Of a DNA stretch of 64,000 nucleotides, positions 35,804-45,465 are shown piece after piece (position 1 is the stretch's first letter; each line of letters opens with the position of its first letter). Location of the stretch: positions 1 to 64,000 of IMG/VR virus record IMGVR_UViG_3300037068_000078; one strand, written 5' to 3'. Origin of the DNA: a virus. The position numbers and the translations under genes were made by a program. Below the pieces are notes generated by a model, which saw only the letters and a program-made list of their open reading frames with translations, did not search any database and was not told the DNA's origin.

Positions 35804-36728
35804 GACACAGCAGCAGACGAAGAAGCCCGCGCCCGCGCCCGTCAAGGGCAAGACGCAGGCTGCACCGCCGCCGAAGGCCAGTGTGCCAGCGGTGCGTAAG
35901 CAACAGGAGATGGTCGCGCAGGGTGAGTCCTACGAGACCGACATGATGAACGAGATGTCAGGCGACGCGGGTCGCGGCGTCAGCACGGCGGCCAACGACA
36001 ACATCGTACCGCTCATCTATGTGCTGCAGTCGCAGTCGCCGCAGGCATTGCGCCAGAAGACGGAGTTCATTCCGGGCGCGCAGGCTGGCATGTTCTGGAT
36101 GCGCGGGACCAAGGAGGTCGTGGACGGCGAGGAGGGCCTGCCCGTCGTCATCGTTCATCTCAACGTGGTGTGGGTCGAATGGCGGCCGAACCGGGGTGGC
36201 TTGGTTGGCCGCCATGCAAGCAAGCCTGCGAACGCGGTGCAGAAGGCGCTCGACGCGCAGAAGCCCGACCGTCTCTCGTGGGTGCTGCCCAACGGTAACG
36301 TGGTCGTGGAGACGCGCGAGCACGCCATTATCCGCGTGGACACCGGCGACGCCTACGTCATCCCGCTCTCTGGCAGCAACCACGGCGCGGCCCGTCAGCT
36401 GATGACCAGCATCAATCGCAAGAAGATCCCGGGCACGGACCTCAAGGCGGCGGTGTACGGCTATCAGTGGCGCATGAAGACGATCGCCAAGACCAACGAC
36501 GACGGCGATTGGTTCGGTATCATGTTCGAGGAGGAGATGGATGAGGCAGGTGAGAACCAGCTGCTCACCTGGAACATCGACGGCGGCAAGACCTACAAGT
36601 TCGCGCGCCAGCTTAATGAGGACTTCGAGTCCGGTCGCAAGGTCTCTGACCAGGGCGACGAGAGCGAGCTCGGCGGAGGCGAAGATAGCGACGATGGAGA
36701 CGGTGAAGGCACCGGCAAATCCTTCTAG
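35793..36728 (+). CDS. Putative ssDNA-binding protein
   Basis: VP.I.VLQ..SPQ, VEW.P..GG, acidic C-terminal tail ending in F. Confidence 0.65.
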   Translation: MASKTQQQTKKPAPAPVKGKTQAAPPPKASVPAVRKQQEMVAQGESYETDMMNEMSGDAGRGVSTAANDNIVPLIYVLQSQSPQALRQKTEFIPGAQAGMFWMRGTKEVVDGEEGLPVVIVHLNVVWVEWRPNRGGLVGRHASKPANAVQKALDAQKPDRLSWVLPNGNVVVETREHAIIRVDTGDAYVIPLSGSNHGAARQLMTSINRKKIPGTDLKAAVYGYQWRMKTIAKTNDDGDWFGIMFEEEMDEAGENQLLTWNIDGGKTYKFARQLNEDFESGRKVSDQGDESELGGGEDSDDGDGEGTGKSF

Positions 36729-36796
36729 CACTTCTTCGCAGCGGCGCGGCTACCCGGTCCCCAGCGCGGGGCCGGGTAGTTCCTTAAACGGGGTAG

Positions 36797-38476
36797 GTGA
36801 TGGCGAGGAAGCCGAGCAAGAAACCAGAGGAAGCGGTAGCAGCGCGTATGATGGCGTTGTTCGATGGCTATAAGTCTGCGAGCGGCACGCACGGTGAGCC
36901 GAACAGAGACGCCAACGGCATCAAGTGGTCTATCAAGAAAACGGCAAAGACTGTGAGCATGCCCGTCACCGCTGAGTTATGGATGAAGCACCTTAGCGGC
37001 GAGCGCCCGCTGGGCGTGGTCCCCATCCGATCTGACGACAGCTGCATTTGGGGCAGCGTGGACGTTGACAAATACAACATCGACCTTCTCGAGGTCGTCA
37101 AGCGGGTGAAGGCAATGAAGCTGCCGCTGGTGCCGTGTCGCTCCAAGTCAGGTGGGCTCCACCTGTTCATGTTCACCAAGGAGCCGGTGACGGCCTCGGC
37201 GATGCAGCTGACCTTGCGCAACTTGGCGGCCACGCTGGGCTTCGCGGACAGTGAGATCTTCCCTAAGCAGACGAAGATCCTGGACGAGCAGGGTGACAGC
37301 GGCAGCTGGATGGTGATGCCGTACTACGGCGACACGTTTGGCGGTAAGCTCAAGTTTCAGCGCGGGTTGAAGGAGACTGGCGCGGAGATGACGGTGGAGG
37401 AGTTCCTGAACTTCGCCGAGCGGCACCGCGTCACCGAGGAGGACATGGCACAGCTGCGCAGCCGCAGCGTGCCGGAGGAGCAGGGCGGGCCGCCACGCAA
37501 GAAGCGCGCGAACGGCAAGTCCGTGGCATACGGCGATGGTCCGCCGTGCCTGCAGTTCATGGCGGAGTCCGGCTTCCCGGAGGGGGGCCGCAATAACGCG
37601 CTGTTCCACATAGGCGTGTATCTCAAGAAGGCGGAGCCCACGAAGTGGAAGGAGCTACTGGAGTCCGATAATCAGAAGTACATGCGCCCGCCGCTGCCCA
37701 GCGAGGAAGTCGAGCAGGTGAAGAAGTCGCTCGAGAAGAAGGACTACGAGTACAAGTGCAAGGACCAGCCCATGGCGTCCCACTGCGACAGCATCATGTG
37801 TCGCAGCCGCAAGTACGGCGTGGGCAACGACGTGTTCCCGCAGATCACCAGCGTGCGCAAGGTGGAGAGCGAGCCGCCCGTGTGGTTCGTGGACATCGAT
37901 ACGCCGGAGGGGACCAAGACCCTGCGGCTCAAGACCGAGGAGTTCCAATACTACCACCACTTCCAGCGCCACTGCATGGAGGTGGCGACCGTCATCTTCA
38001 AGCACCTGCCGCAGAACATATGGAACATCATCATGATGGACGCCATGGCTAACACCGAAATCCATCTGCCTCCCCCCGACCTGCGAGCGGGGGGTAGGTT
38101 TAGGGAACTCATGGAGACGTTCCTTACTAACAGGACGCGCGGCCTCACGAAGGAGGACCTACTACGTGGTGCTTCGTGGGAGGACGAGGACGGTGGCCGG
38201 TTCTACTTCAGGCTGGCAGACCTCAACAAGTTCATGGAGCGCGAGGGCATCAAGCTTTCGCGCAGTGAGCTCACGTCGCTCATCAAGCGCATGCACAACA
38301 CCTTCGACGACGAGGGCGAGCTCGTTGGCGAGAACATGGCGAACAAGGTGGACTTCAACCCGCACGTGGGCATGCGCATCAAGACCAACTACGTCAACAC
38401 GTGGTGGGTGCCATCATCCGTCGTGCAGCGCGCACCCGAGTTGGACGCGCCCGAACTACCCAAGGAGAACCTATGA
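36797..38476 (+). CDS. Primase (AEP-like) with PriCT domain
   Basis: VDVD, RSKSGGLHLF, EIFPKQ, PPCL, EGGRNNALF. Confidence 0.85.
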   Translation: MMARKPSKKPEEAVAARMMALFDGYKSASGTHGEPNRDANGIKWSIKKTAKTVSMPVTAELWMKHLSGERPLGVVPIRSDDSCIWGSVDVDKYNIDLLEVVKRVKAMKLPLVPCRSKSGGLHLFMFTKEPVTASAMQLTLRNLAATLGFADSEIFPKQTKILDEQGDSGSWMVMPYYGDTFGGKLKFQRGLKETGAEMTVEEFLNFAERHRVTEEDMAQLRSRSVPEEQGGPPRKKRANGKSVAYGDGPPCLQFMAESGFPEGGRNNALFHIGVYLKKAEPTKWKELLESDNQKYMRPPLPSEEVEQVKKSLEKKDYEYKCKDQPMASHCDSIMCRSRKYGVGNDVFPQITSVRKVESEPPVWFVDIDTPEGTKTLRLKTEEFQYYHHFQRHCMEVATVIFKHLPQNIWNIIMMDAMANTEIHLPPPDLRAGGRFRELMETFLTNRTRGLTKEDLLRGASWEDEDGGRFYFRLADLNKFMEREGIKLSRSELTSLIKRMHNTFDDEGELVGENMANKVDFNPHVGMRIKTNYVNTWWVPSSVVQRAPELDAPELPKENL

Positions 38477-38850
38477 AGACGTGGGAGATAATGATCCCGG
38501 GACTGCGTTTCAGCGTGCTGCTGTACAGGGGCGACGACTCGCAGCCATCCATCGATGAATGCTGGGAGGCGATGCAGCGCACCGGCTTGATTAGTGGCAC
38601 GAAGGAGAGTTGGACGTACATGCTCGCGGAGCTAGGGCCACGGCGCTGCGACTATGGGTTCGGTAAGTTACCACAGGGGCGAGGCTCTGCCGTTGAGCGA
38701 GCCAGAGAGGAACTGAGACGTGAAGCGCAAGCCATCATCGACCGCCAAGCCAAGGAGCAAGAGCAAGTCCGAGAAGTCCAAGACGGACAGAAGCGAGCCT
38801 ATCGTCACAGGCGAAGAACTACGCTTCCGGATAGTGATCACCTACTATGA
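38473..38850 (+). CDS. Hypothetical protein
   Basis: SD AAGGAG; ATGA coupling. Confidence 0.55.
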   Translation: MKTWEIMIPGLRFSVLLYRGDDSQPSIDECWEAMQRTGLISGTKESWTYMLAELGPRRCDYGFGKLPQGRGSAVERAREELRREAQAIIDRQAKEQEQVREVQDGQKRAYRHRRRTTLPDSDHLL

Positions 38851-38956
38851 CGGACGCAGGTACCGCACTCGCATCGAGGCGCTGCGCGCACTCAAGACTT
38901 TCAAGTTGAAGCCAGGACAGCTGGCGACGGTCATAGATGGAGGTACAGGTGAGTAG
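38720..38956 (+). CDS. Small basic protein overlapping the preceding ORF by 131 nt
   Basis: SD GAGGA before GTG; its stop overlaps the NUDIX start region. Confidence 0.5.
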   Translation: MKRKPSSTAKPRSKSKSEKSKTDRSEPIVTGEELRFRIVITYYDGRRYRTRIEALRALKTFKLKPGQLATVIDGGTGE

Positions 38957-39407
38957 ACTGATTATGGTGGCAGCGTTCGCGCTGTGCAACGAGGAGGTTC
39001 TTCTCGTGCGAAAGGAGAAGCCGAAGTGGCAGAGCGGCTTGCTGAACGGCGTGGGCGGCAAGGCAGAAGTACACGAGACGCCTCTTGATGCAATGTGCAG
39101 GGAGTTCTTGGAGGAGACCAACATCGAAGTCTCAGCCGATAGGTGGAACCACTTCGCGTCGGAGTTCGGGCGCGGCTACGTGGTGCACTTCTTCCGGTGT
39201 CGTCTCTCGACGCTGGTGCGTGACGTCACTCCCACGCAGAACGACGCGGGCGAGAAACTGTACTGGTACAACGCGCGCATGCTGGACAGGCAGTCGATCA
39301 TCGGCAACCTGCAGTGGCTCATCCCGCTGGCGGTGGACCCGCGCGGCTTCAACCGTCCAGTGATCGTGGACGCGATCGAGGACATCAAGGAGAACCCCAC
39401 GTGGTGA
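38949..39407 (+). CDS. NUDIX hydrolase
   Basis: Nudix box GGKAEVHETPLDAMCREFLEET. Confidence 0.9.
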   Translation: MSRLIMVAAFALCNEEVLLVRKEKPKWQSGLLNGVGGKAEVHETPLDAMCREFLEETNIEVSADRWNHFASEFGRGYVVHFFRCRLSTLVRDVTPTQNDAGEKLYWYNARMLDRQSIIGNLQWLIPLAVDPRGFNRPVIVDAIEDIKENPTW

Positions 39408-39877
39408 TAGACGAACGGTTGGTGCGCTTGGGCGCGCAGGGTGGCTGGATCGCGGTGGACCTCGACGGTACCGCGCTGGTCTACGACAAGTGGGTGGCGT
39501 GGAACGCGTTCGGCGAGCCAATCTGGCCCATGATCGAGCGCATCAAGGCATGGCGCGCAGCTGGCATCGAGGTGCGCTGGATGACGGCCCGCGTGTTCCC
39601 GTTCATCCCCAAGGTCAACGAGGGCGCGTGGTCCATTCAGCAAAAGTGCCGCATGACCGACCGCATGTGGACCATCGGCGAGATGATCACGGCCATACAG
39701 GCGCACACCGAGCCGTTCGTCGGCGAGCGACTGCCGTGCACGTGCGCCAAGGACGTGGACATGATCGAGCAGTGGGACGACCGCGCCGTGCAGGTAGTGG
39801 CGAACACTGGGCAGACGCTGGCGCAAGGTTGGGAGGCAGAGCGCGAGGCGCTGCACGGGAAGGTGTTCAAGTCATGA
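39401..39877 (+). CDS. HAD-family phosphatase
   Basis: AVDLDGT (motif I), TAR, K, WDDR. Confidence 0.8.
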   Translation: MVIDERLVRLGAQGGWIAVDLDGTALVYDKWVAWNAFGEPIWPMIERIKAWRAAGIEVRWMTARVFPFIPKVNEGAWSIQQKCRMTDRMWTIGEMITAIQAHTEPFVGERLPCTCAKDVDMIEQWDDRAVQVVANTGQTLAQGWEAEREALHGKVFKS

Positions 39878-41394
39878 AGCCCACCATCATCCTCGGCCCG
39901 CCCGGTACGGGCAAGACTACATCGATCCTCAACCTCGTCGAGGAGTCGATGGCGCGTGGCACCGCGCCGGATCAGATCGCACTCGTCACGTTCACCAAGC
40001 GCGGGGCGGACGAGGGCAAGACGCGTGCAAAGAAGAAGTTCAACCTGGAGGATCGCCAGCTGCCGTTCTTCAGCACGCTCCATGCCATGTGCTATCGCCA
40101 GTTGGGGCTCAAGCGGAGCGACCTGCTCGCAGGGCAGGCGTTCAATGAGTTCGCCCAGTACGCAGGCGTGCGCGTCACCGGCCGAGCGTGGTCCGACGAC
40201 GGCATTCTCACAGGCTTCGAGGCGGGCGACCGCATACTGTTCATGGAGAACCTGTCACGCATACGGCAGGTGTCGCTCCGCGAGCAGTACGAGTGCGGCA
40301 ACGACGACCTCGACTGGAACGAGGTGCAGCGCGTGAGCAAGGCGCTGGCTGCGTTCAAGCATCGCAAGGGCCTGCTCGACTTCACGGACATGCTCATCGA
40401 GTTCGTGCGCATGGGTAATGGCCTGCCGATAGAGGAGCTATACGTCGATGAGTCGCAAGATCTATCTAGTCTCCAGTGGGCCGTCGTCGATCTCCTCGCT
40501 GCCAACTGCAAGCGGGTCACGGTGGCTGGCGATGATGACCAAGCTATCTACAGATGGGCGGGTGCCGACGTCGAGCACCTCATCAACATGGACGGAGACG
40601 TGCGAGTGCTCGGGCAGAGCTACCGAGTGCCTACGGCTGTGCAGGCATTGGCGAACGAAGTGATCGGCGGTGTCGCGCACAGGCGATCCAAGGAGTGGGC
40701 CGCGCGCAAGGCCAAGGGGCGCGTGGACTACGCCATGGCGTTCTCTGACGTCGGCGTGGATAGCTCTGACGTGCTGGTGCTGGCGCGCAATACCTACGTG
40801 CTGAAGGAGCAGGTGATGCCAGCGCTGAAACAGGAGGGCATCATCTACGAGGTAGGTGGCAAGTCCTCGGTGGACGTAAAGATCATGCGGGCAGTCACCT
40901 CGTGGGAGATGCTGCGCGCGGGCGACGCCGTCTCGCTGGAGGAGGCCCGCGTGATGTACGGGTACATAAGCAGCAGCACCGGCGTCAAGCGTGGCTTCAA
41001 GGAGCTGAAGAACTACGGCGACGACGGCGACGCGCCCATCACCATGCGCGACTTAGTCAACACGGGCGGCCTGCTCGTGGACCCGGTGACCATCTGGCAC
41101 GAGGCGTTGGACCGCCTGCCGAAGGAAGAGATGAGCTACATGCTGGCGGCCCGCCGCAGGGGCGAAAAGCTGAAGGGTACGCGCCCGCGCGTGCGGCTCT
41201 CCACCATCCACTCTGCCAAGGGAGCAGAGGCGGAACACGTGGTCTTGATGAAGGAGATTGCCGCACGCACTCACTACGAGATGCAGCAGCAGCCGGACGA
41301 CGAGCGTCGCGTGTGGTACGTGGGGGCCACGCGCGCGAAGGAGAGACTGACCATCGTAAACTCAGAGACACCGAGGGAGTGCCCCTGGCTATGA
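39874..41394 (+). CDS. UvrD/SF1 helicase
   Basis: GPPGTGKT, VTFT, STLH, VDESQD, GDDDQAIY, QSYR, STIH.AKG.E, YVGATRA. Confidence 0.93.
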   Translation: MKPTIILGPPGTGKTTSILNLVEESMARGTAPDQIALVTFTKRGADEGKTRAKKKFNLEDRQLPFFSTLHAMCYRQLGLKRSDLLAGQAFNEFAQYAGVRVTGRAWSDDGILTGFEAGDRILFMENLSRIRQVSLREQYECGNDDLDWNEVQRVSKALAAFKHRKGLLDFTDMLIEFVRMGNGLPIEELYVDESQDLSSLQWAVVDLLAANCKRVTVAGDDDQAIYRWAGADVEHLINMDGDVRVLGQSYRVPTAVQALANEVIGGVAHRRSKEWAARKAKGRVDYAMAFSDVGVDSSDVLVLARNTYVLKEQVMPALKQEGIIYEVGGKSSVDVKIMRAVTSWEMLRAGDAVSLEEARVMYGYISSSTGVKRGFKELKNYGDDGDAPITMRDLVNTGGLLVDPVTIWHEALDRLPKEEMSYMLAARRRGEKLKGTRPRVRLSTIHSAKGAEAEHVVLMKEIAARTHYEMQQQPDDERRVWYVGATRAKERLTIVNSETPRECPWL

Positions 41395-41609
41395 GCGAGC
41401 TAACACCAGAGCAGAAGGCGGCGATCATTGTGGCGCGTGCGGCAGTCCTCAACACGCGGGTCGCTGCCCTGCAGGCAGAGGCGGAGACACAAAGGTTTGA
41501 GGGCCGGTTCGTAACGGTCAGCAGTGCAGACTTCATTCGATTGATCAACGAGAGCGGCTGCATGGACGCAGACGTTCGCGCGTTGTTAATGACAGGGAGG
41601 TGGGTGTGA
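41391..41609 (+). CDS. Hypothetical protein
   Basis: ATGA coupling. Confidence 0.55.
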   Translation: MSELTPEQKAAIIVARAAVLNTRVAALQAEAETQRFEGRFVTVSSADFIRLINESGCMDADVRALLMTGRWV

Positions 41610-41875
41610 GCAGAACACCAGAGAGCGTGATTATCGTACAATGGCACGACGTCGAGACGGATGCGCCGCCGGAGAAGAAGCTGCTGATGGTGACCGGCGA
41701 CAGCGGCTACGTCAACAACAAGGATTTCCTGTGCCTCGCGTACTACGACGAGCAGTATCGTCCACGACTGGGCGGCGAGATTCGTTGGCAGTCTGTTACC
41801 AATGACTCGCTCTCTGACTGCGGTTGGTATCCGAAGCGATGGGCTCATCCCATCAATCTGGAGAACGTGCCATGA
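41606..41875 (+). CDS. Hypothetical protein
   Basis: GTGA coupling; SD GGAGG. Confidence 0.55.
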   Translation: MSRTPESVIIVQWHDVETDAPPEKKLLMVTGDSGYVNNKDFLCLAYYDEQYRPRLGGEIRWQSVTNDSLSDCGWYPKRWAHPINLENVP

Positions 41876-42126
41876 ACAATGACCACTTCTGGCGCGTCTG
41901 CCGCGAGATTGCAGACATGCGACACGACGAGGTGTACGACCTGCCTGCTCAAGCGCTCAACGACATGAACGTGCCGCACGACGACCCGTTCGGCATTCCA
42001 ACGGTGGAGGACAAGCTGCGACTCATAAAGCAGTACGCATGTATCTATGCGCACGGCGACATGTTCGACTGCCGCGTTTCACACGACCCACACAAGTACA
42101 CCTTTGAGAGGAAGAGACCATCATGA
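41872..42126 (+). CDS. Hypothetical protein
   Basis: ATGA coupling; SD GGAG. Confidence 0.55.
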   Translation: MNNDHFWRVCREIADMRHDEVYDLPAQALNDMNVPHDDPFGIPTVEDKLRLIKQYACIYAHGDMFDCRVSHDPHKYTFERKRPS

Positions 42127-42659
42127 TGAACGTAATGCTAGACCTCGAGACGTGGGGCACAAAGCCGGGCAGCGCCATTCGCAGCATCGGTGCTGTCACG
42201 TTCGACCCATTCGGCGACGGGACGGTCGACGAGTTCTACGCCAACATCAGCGACGAGTCGTGCGCTGCGGCCAATCTCACGAAGGACCCGAGCACCATCG
42301 CATGGTGGGCGAGGCAGTCCGAAGCAGCACAGAAGTCTCTGCTCAAGGACCAGCAACCGATCGAGAAGGTCGTGCGCGACTTTCGCCAGTGGTTCATCGC
42401 GAACAAAGGTTTGTGGGTGTGGTCGCAGGGCAGCAACTTCGACGTCGTGTTGTGGGAGGCTGCACACGAGCGGGTCAACGTCGTCGTCCCGTGGAAGTTC
42501 TGGGATGCTCGCGACACCCGTACGGCGTACGAGATCGGCAGGCTGAACACCCGCACGATCAAGCGCGCTGGCACCTACCACAACGCGCTGGACGACGCCA
42601 AGCATCAGGCGAAGTGCGTGCAGCTGGCGTACAAGCGTATCTCTGTGTCGATGGTTTAG
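42123..42659 (+). CDS. DEDDh 3'-5' exonuclease (Rv2179c-like)
   Basis: MLDLET, SIGAV, G.NFD, DTRT, HNALDDA. Confidence 0.9.
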   Translation: MMNVMLDLETWGTKPGSAIRSIGAVTFDPFGDGTVDEFYANISDESCAAANLTKDPSTIAWWARQSEAAQKSLLKDQQPIEKVVRDFRQWFIANKGLWVWSQGSNFDVVLWEAAHERVNVVVPWKFWDARDTRTAYEIGRLNTRTIKRAGTYHNALDDAKHQAKCVQLAYKRISVSMV

Positions 42660-42709
42660 ATAACGAGTTTCAACCAAGGGTAGCCCCCAAAAAGAGGAGA
42701 ATAAGGGAA

Positions 42710-43189
42710 ATGTTTACGGAAGAGCTGAAACAACTGCTTGAGAAAGCCATCAAGCACGGAAACCGTGAAGCCAGAACTAGGATTGTGGTTCTGTCTGAGC
42801 ATGCTGGTGTCAGTGTGGTTTCGTATATCGAGCAAGAAGCTCAGCTAGAAGAAAAACAACAGCGATCTCCCGTGCAACACGCACCGCGTGAAAAGCTAGC
42901 AAAATTTCTGCAAGAGATCGAAGACACTGACTGGGATGGGGCCGGAGCTGAGACTCCGCCTGAGGAAGTGTTAGGCTCATTACAGCGGATGCGAGACAAT
43001 CATGACACATACGAAGAACTTTCAGATGGACAAAAGAGATTTGTCTCGCTGTTGGAGAACTTGTTTGACGCGCGTATGGCGTTTGAAGATGTTGACCGCG
43101 ACATGCTGTTCCCTTCAGGATTCCCAAGATATCGGAACAGCGCACGCAAAATGAAAGCGCTGGCAAAAGCAAACGGATGGAAGAAATGA
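42710..43189 (+). CDS. Hypothetical protein with low GC3
   Basis: Purine-rich RBS; many A/T-ending codons; ATGA overlap with the next gene. Confidence 0.6.
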   Translation: MFTEELKQLLEKAIKHGNREARTRIVVLSEHAGVSVVSYIEQEAQLEEKQQRSPVQHAPREKLAKFLQEIEDTDWDGAGAETPPEEVLGSLQRMRDNHDTYEELSDGQKRFVSLLENLFDARMAFEDVDRDMLFPSGFPRYRNSARKMKALAKANGWKK

Positions 43190-44136
43190 AGTCCGGCATC
43201 CAGCGCTTCTTCGCCTACGCACGCGCCCGCCACGAGATCACCCTGCGGCGGGCGCTGGGGCTACCGCGTCCGTGGACCAAGGACAGCATCCTTGACACGT
43301 ACCGCTTCACGTGCGTGTTCCGCGAGCAGGACAAGACAACCAAGTGGTTCCGGCAGAACGTGCGTGACCCCATGCGCAATGCACAGTCAGTGCTGCTAGC
43401 AACGGTGGTGTTCCGCATGCTCAATCGCATCGAGGTGGGCGAGGCCATCTTTCATGCCGAGTACAAGAACGGCGGCACGGCGTGGGATGCCTTCCTCGAG
43501 AGCCGCGACGTGCGCCACCTGCAGCGCGCCATCAAGCGAGCCATCCCGGACGGTCCCTACGTCACGGGCGGGTACATCATCACGTCTCCCCCCGGCTGCC
43601 CGAAGTTGGAGGGCATGATGAAGGTGATCAAGTCCTTTGAGCGGGGGGAGGAAGAGTGGGAGGGGCTTGGCGCTGGCATAATCGGCACGATGAATTGGGA
43701 CGGCGAGGAGGGGGCAGCAGAGTACATGCTGCACAATCGCGGCGATGTCACGCTCGAGAGTTGCTGGCGCTGGCTGCGTCGCTTCAAGTGGTTCGGTGAC
43801 TTCCACTCGTACGAGATCGTGACGGACCTGCGTCACACGCGACTGCTCGACATGGCACCTGACATCAACACTTGGGCCAATCCCGGCCCCGGTGCAAATC
43901 GCGGGGCGAACCGCGTGTACGGCCGTGACAAGGACACGCGCAATAGCAAGGAGAAGCTGAACGCGGAGATGCATGAACTTCTTGGTCATTCACTTGATAG
44001 CAAGTTGTGGCCGCAACGACCAGTCAATGAATGGCCAAGATGGGAGATGCGAGACGTAGAGCACACGCTCTGCGAGTTCGACAAGTACGAGCGCGTGCGG
44101 CTGGGCGAGGGGCGTCCTCGCGGAGTCTACAGGTGA
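43186..44136 (+). CDS. aGPT-PPlase1 family (alpha-glutamyl/putrescinyl-thymine pyrophosphorylase clade 1) DNA hypermodification enzyme
   Basis: PWT.D.IL..YRF..VFRE.DKTT, FR..NR, TG.YII, F.SYEIVTDL, NPGPGA.RG, RDVEHTLCEFDKY. Confidence 0.85.
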   Translation: MKSGIQRFFAYARARHEITLRRALGLPRPWTKDSILDTYRFTCVFREQDKTTKWFRQNVRDPMRNAQSVLLATVVFRMLNRIEVGEAIFHAEYKNGGTAWDAFLESRDVRHLQRAIKRAIPDGPYVTGGYIITSPPGCPKLEGMMKVIKSFERGEEEWEGLGAGIIGTMNWDGEEGAAEYMLHNRGDVTLESCWRWLRRFKWFGDFHSYEIVTDLRHTRLLDMAPDINTWANPGPGANRGANRVYGRDKDTRNSKEKLNAEMHELLGHSLDSKLWPQRPVNEWPRWEMRDVEHTLCEFDKYERVRLGEGRPRGVYR

Positions 44137-44137
44137 C

Positions 44138-44683
44138 ATGGCACTGACTGATGAAGAGAAAGAGAAGTTCCGGGCAGCGGTGACCAGCGGCGAATACTCC
44201 ATGTCGCAGATCGCCAGGATGTTCAACATGGTCTCAGTCAACGCGGCGATAGGGAGGGCGCACCGCATGGGTATCTCAAACGGCAGGGCACCGCTGAACA
44301 ATAACAAGCGCCGTTTACCCGAGGGCTCGGGTCTCGAGCTCATAAAGAAGATCGGGGCTGGCATACCGCGCAGGCCGCGCGGTCGTCCACCGGGCAGCAT
44401 GAGACTGACGTTCACGCCACCGCTCGGTGATGTCACGCCACCCAAGCTGAAGTTGATAGCAGAGTGGGACAAGAAGAAGTTTCCGCAGCCGAACGCCGCG
44501 TGCTTCGACTGCATCAACCTGTTCACGCAGTGCAAGTGGCCCATTCGTGATGAGCCAGTTCAGTTCTGCGGTGAGTTAAAGCGTGAAGCGAAACCGGGTG
44601 AGAAGTTGAACGATGTGCCGTATTGTGATAGGCACTCCAAGATGGCTAAACAGGAACCGTACAAGAAGGGAGAGCAGTGGTGA
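44138..44683 (+). CDS. gcrA: GcrA-like transcription regulator
   Basis: N-terminal S.SQIA....VS.NAAIGRAHRMG and C-terminal CKWPI...FCG...PYC..H. Confidence 0.8.
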   Translation: MALTDEEKEKFRAAVTSGEYSMSQIARMFNMVSVNAAIGRAHRMGISNGRAPLNNNKRRLPEGSGLELIKKIGAGIPRRPRGRPPGSMRLTFTPPLGDVTPPKLKLIAEWDKKKFPQPNAACFDCINLFTQCKWPIRDEPVQFCGELKREAKPGEKLNDVPYCDRHSKMAKQEPYKKGEQW

Positions 44684-45465
44684 GAGTTTATATCCCAAGC
44701 ATGGGCCGGGCGGGTGACATCGGCGCGAAGGTGATGACGTGCAACTACATTGACCGTGCGACCTACGTGGTGCCCTCGGCGGAGGTCAAGCGATATCAGA
44801 ACTCGCTCGGCATGCGCAAGGGCACGTACGAAGTACTTGCCTGCGACGAGGTCGGCATCGCGCAGACGCGGCGCTGGATCGGTGAGCAGGCCGCGTCGCG
44901 CAAGGAGGCCTCCTTCTGCATGATGGACGACGACCTGCGCTTTGCCGTGCGCGAGGGCAAGGATGGCATCAAGCTGCGCAATGCCGAGCGCCCGGACGTG
45001 GCAGCGATGCTGGAGTGGATTGCGGGCAGCTTAGGCAAGTACGCGCACGTCAGCGTATCGGCGCGTGACAAGAACCACACGAACACAGACGCGCATGACG
45101 TCAACTGTCGCACCCTGCGCGTGCTGGCCTACCAGACCAAGAAGTTCTTGGCGATGGAGCACGGGCGGGTGGCCGTGATGGAGGACTTCGACGTCAACCT
45201 GCAGCTGTTGCGCAGCGGCGAACAGAACATCTGCTCGTTCGTGTTCGCCAGCGACCAGCGCGAGACGGGATCCAAGGGTGGGTGCAGCAGCTACCGCACG
45301 TTGGAACTGCACAACGCAGCTGCGCATCGCATCGTGGAGCTTCACGCGCCCTTCGCCAAGCTGCGTGAGAAGGAGACCAAGGCCAAGGGCGTGTTGAGCA
45401 AGCGCATGGAGGTCACTATCTTTTGGAAGAAAGCGTTCGCATCGAGCCAGAGGAGAGCCGCATGA
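44677..45465 (+). CDS. GT-A glycosyltransferase (TET-associated/GREB1/JGT-like family)
   Basis: VYIPS.GRA, VVP..E...Y, GI..TR.WI, MMDDDL.F, EDFD..LQLL..G, GGCS.YR. Confidence 0.75.
   Translation: MVRVYIPSMGRAGDIGAKVMTCNYIDRATYVVPSAEVKRYQNSLGMRKGTYEVLACDEVGIAQTRRWIGEQAASRKEASFCMMDDDLRFAVREGKDGIKLRNAERPDVAAMLEWIAGSLGKYAHVSVSARDKNHTNTDAHDVNCRTLRVLAYQTKKFLAMEHGRVAVMEDFDVNLQLLRSGEQNICSFVFASDQRETGSKGGCSSYRTLELHNAAAHRIVELHAPFAKLREKETKAKGVLSKRMEVTIFWKKAFASSQRRAA

Noticed and set aside
40448-40663. Nested +1 ORF in UvrD (and similar short ones in terL ~1676 and the S49 gene ~6892)
   Set aside because: The codon shift is weak or short and SD spacing is poor. GGAG..GAT G arises by chance in Glu/Asp-rich GC genes.
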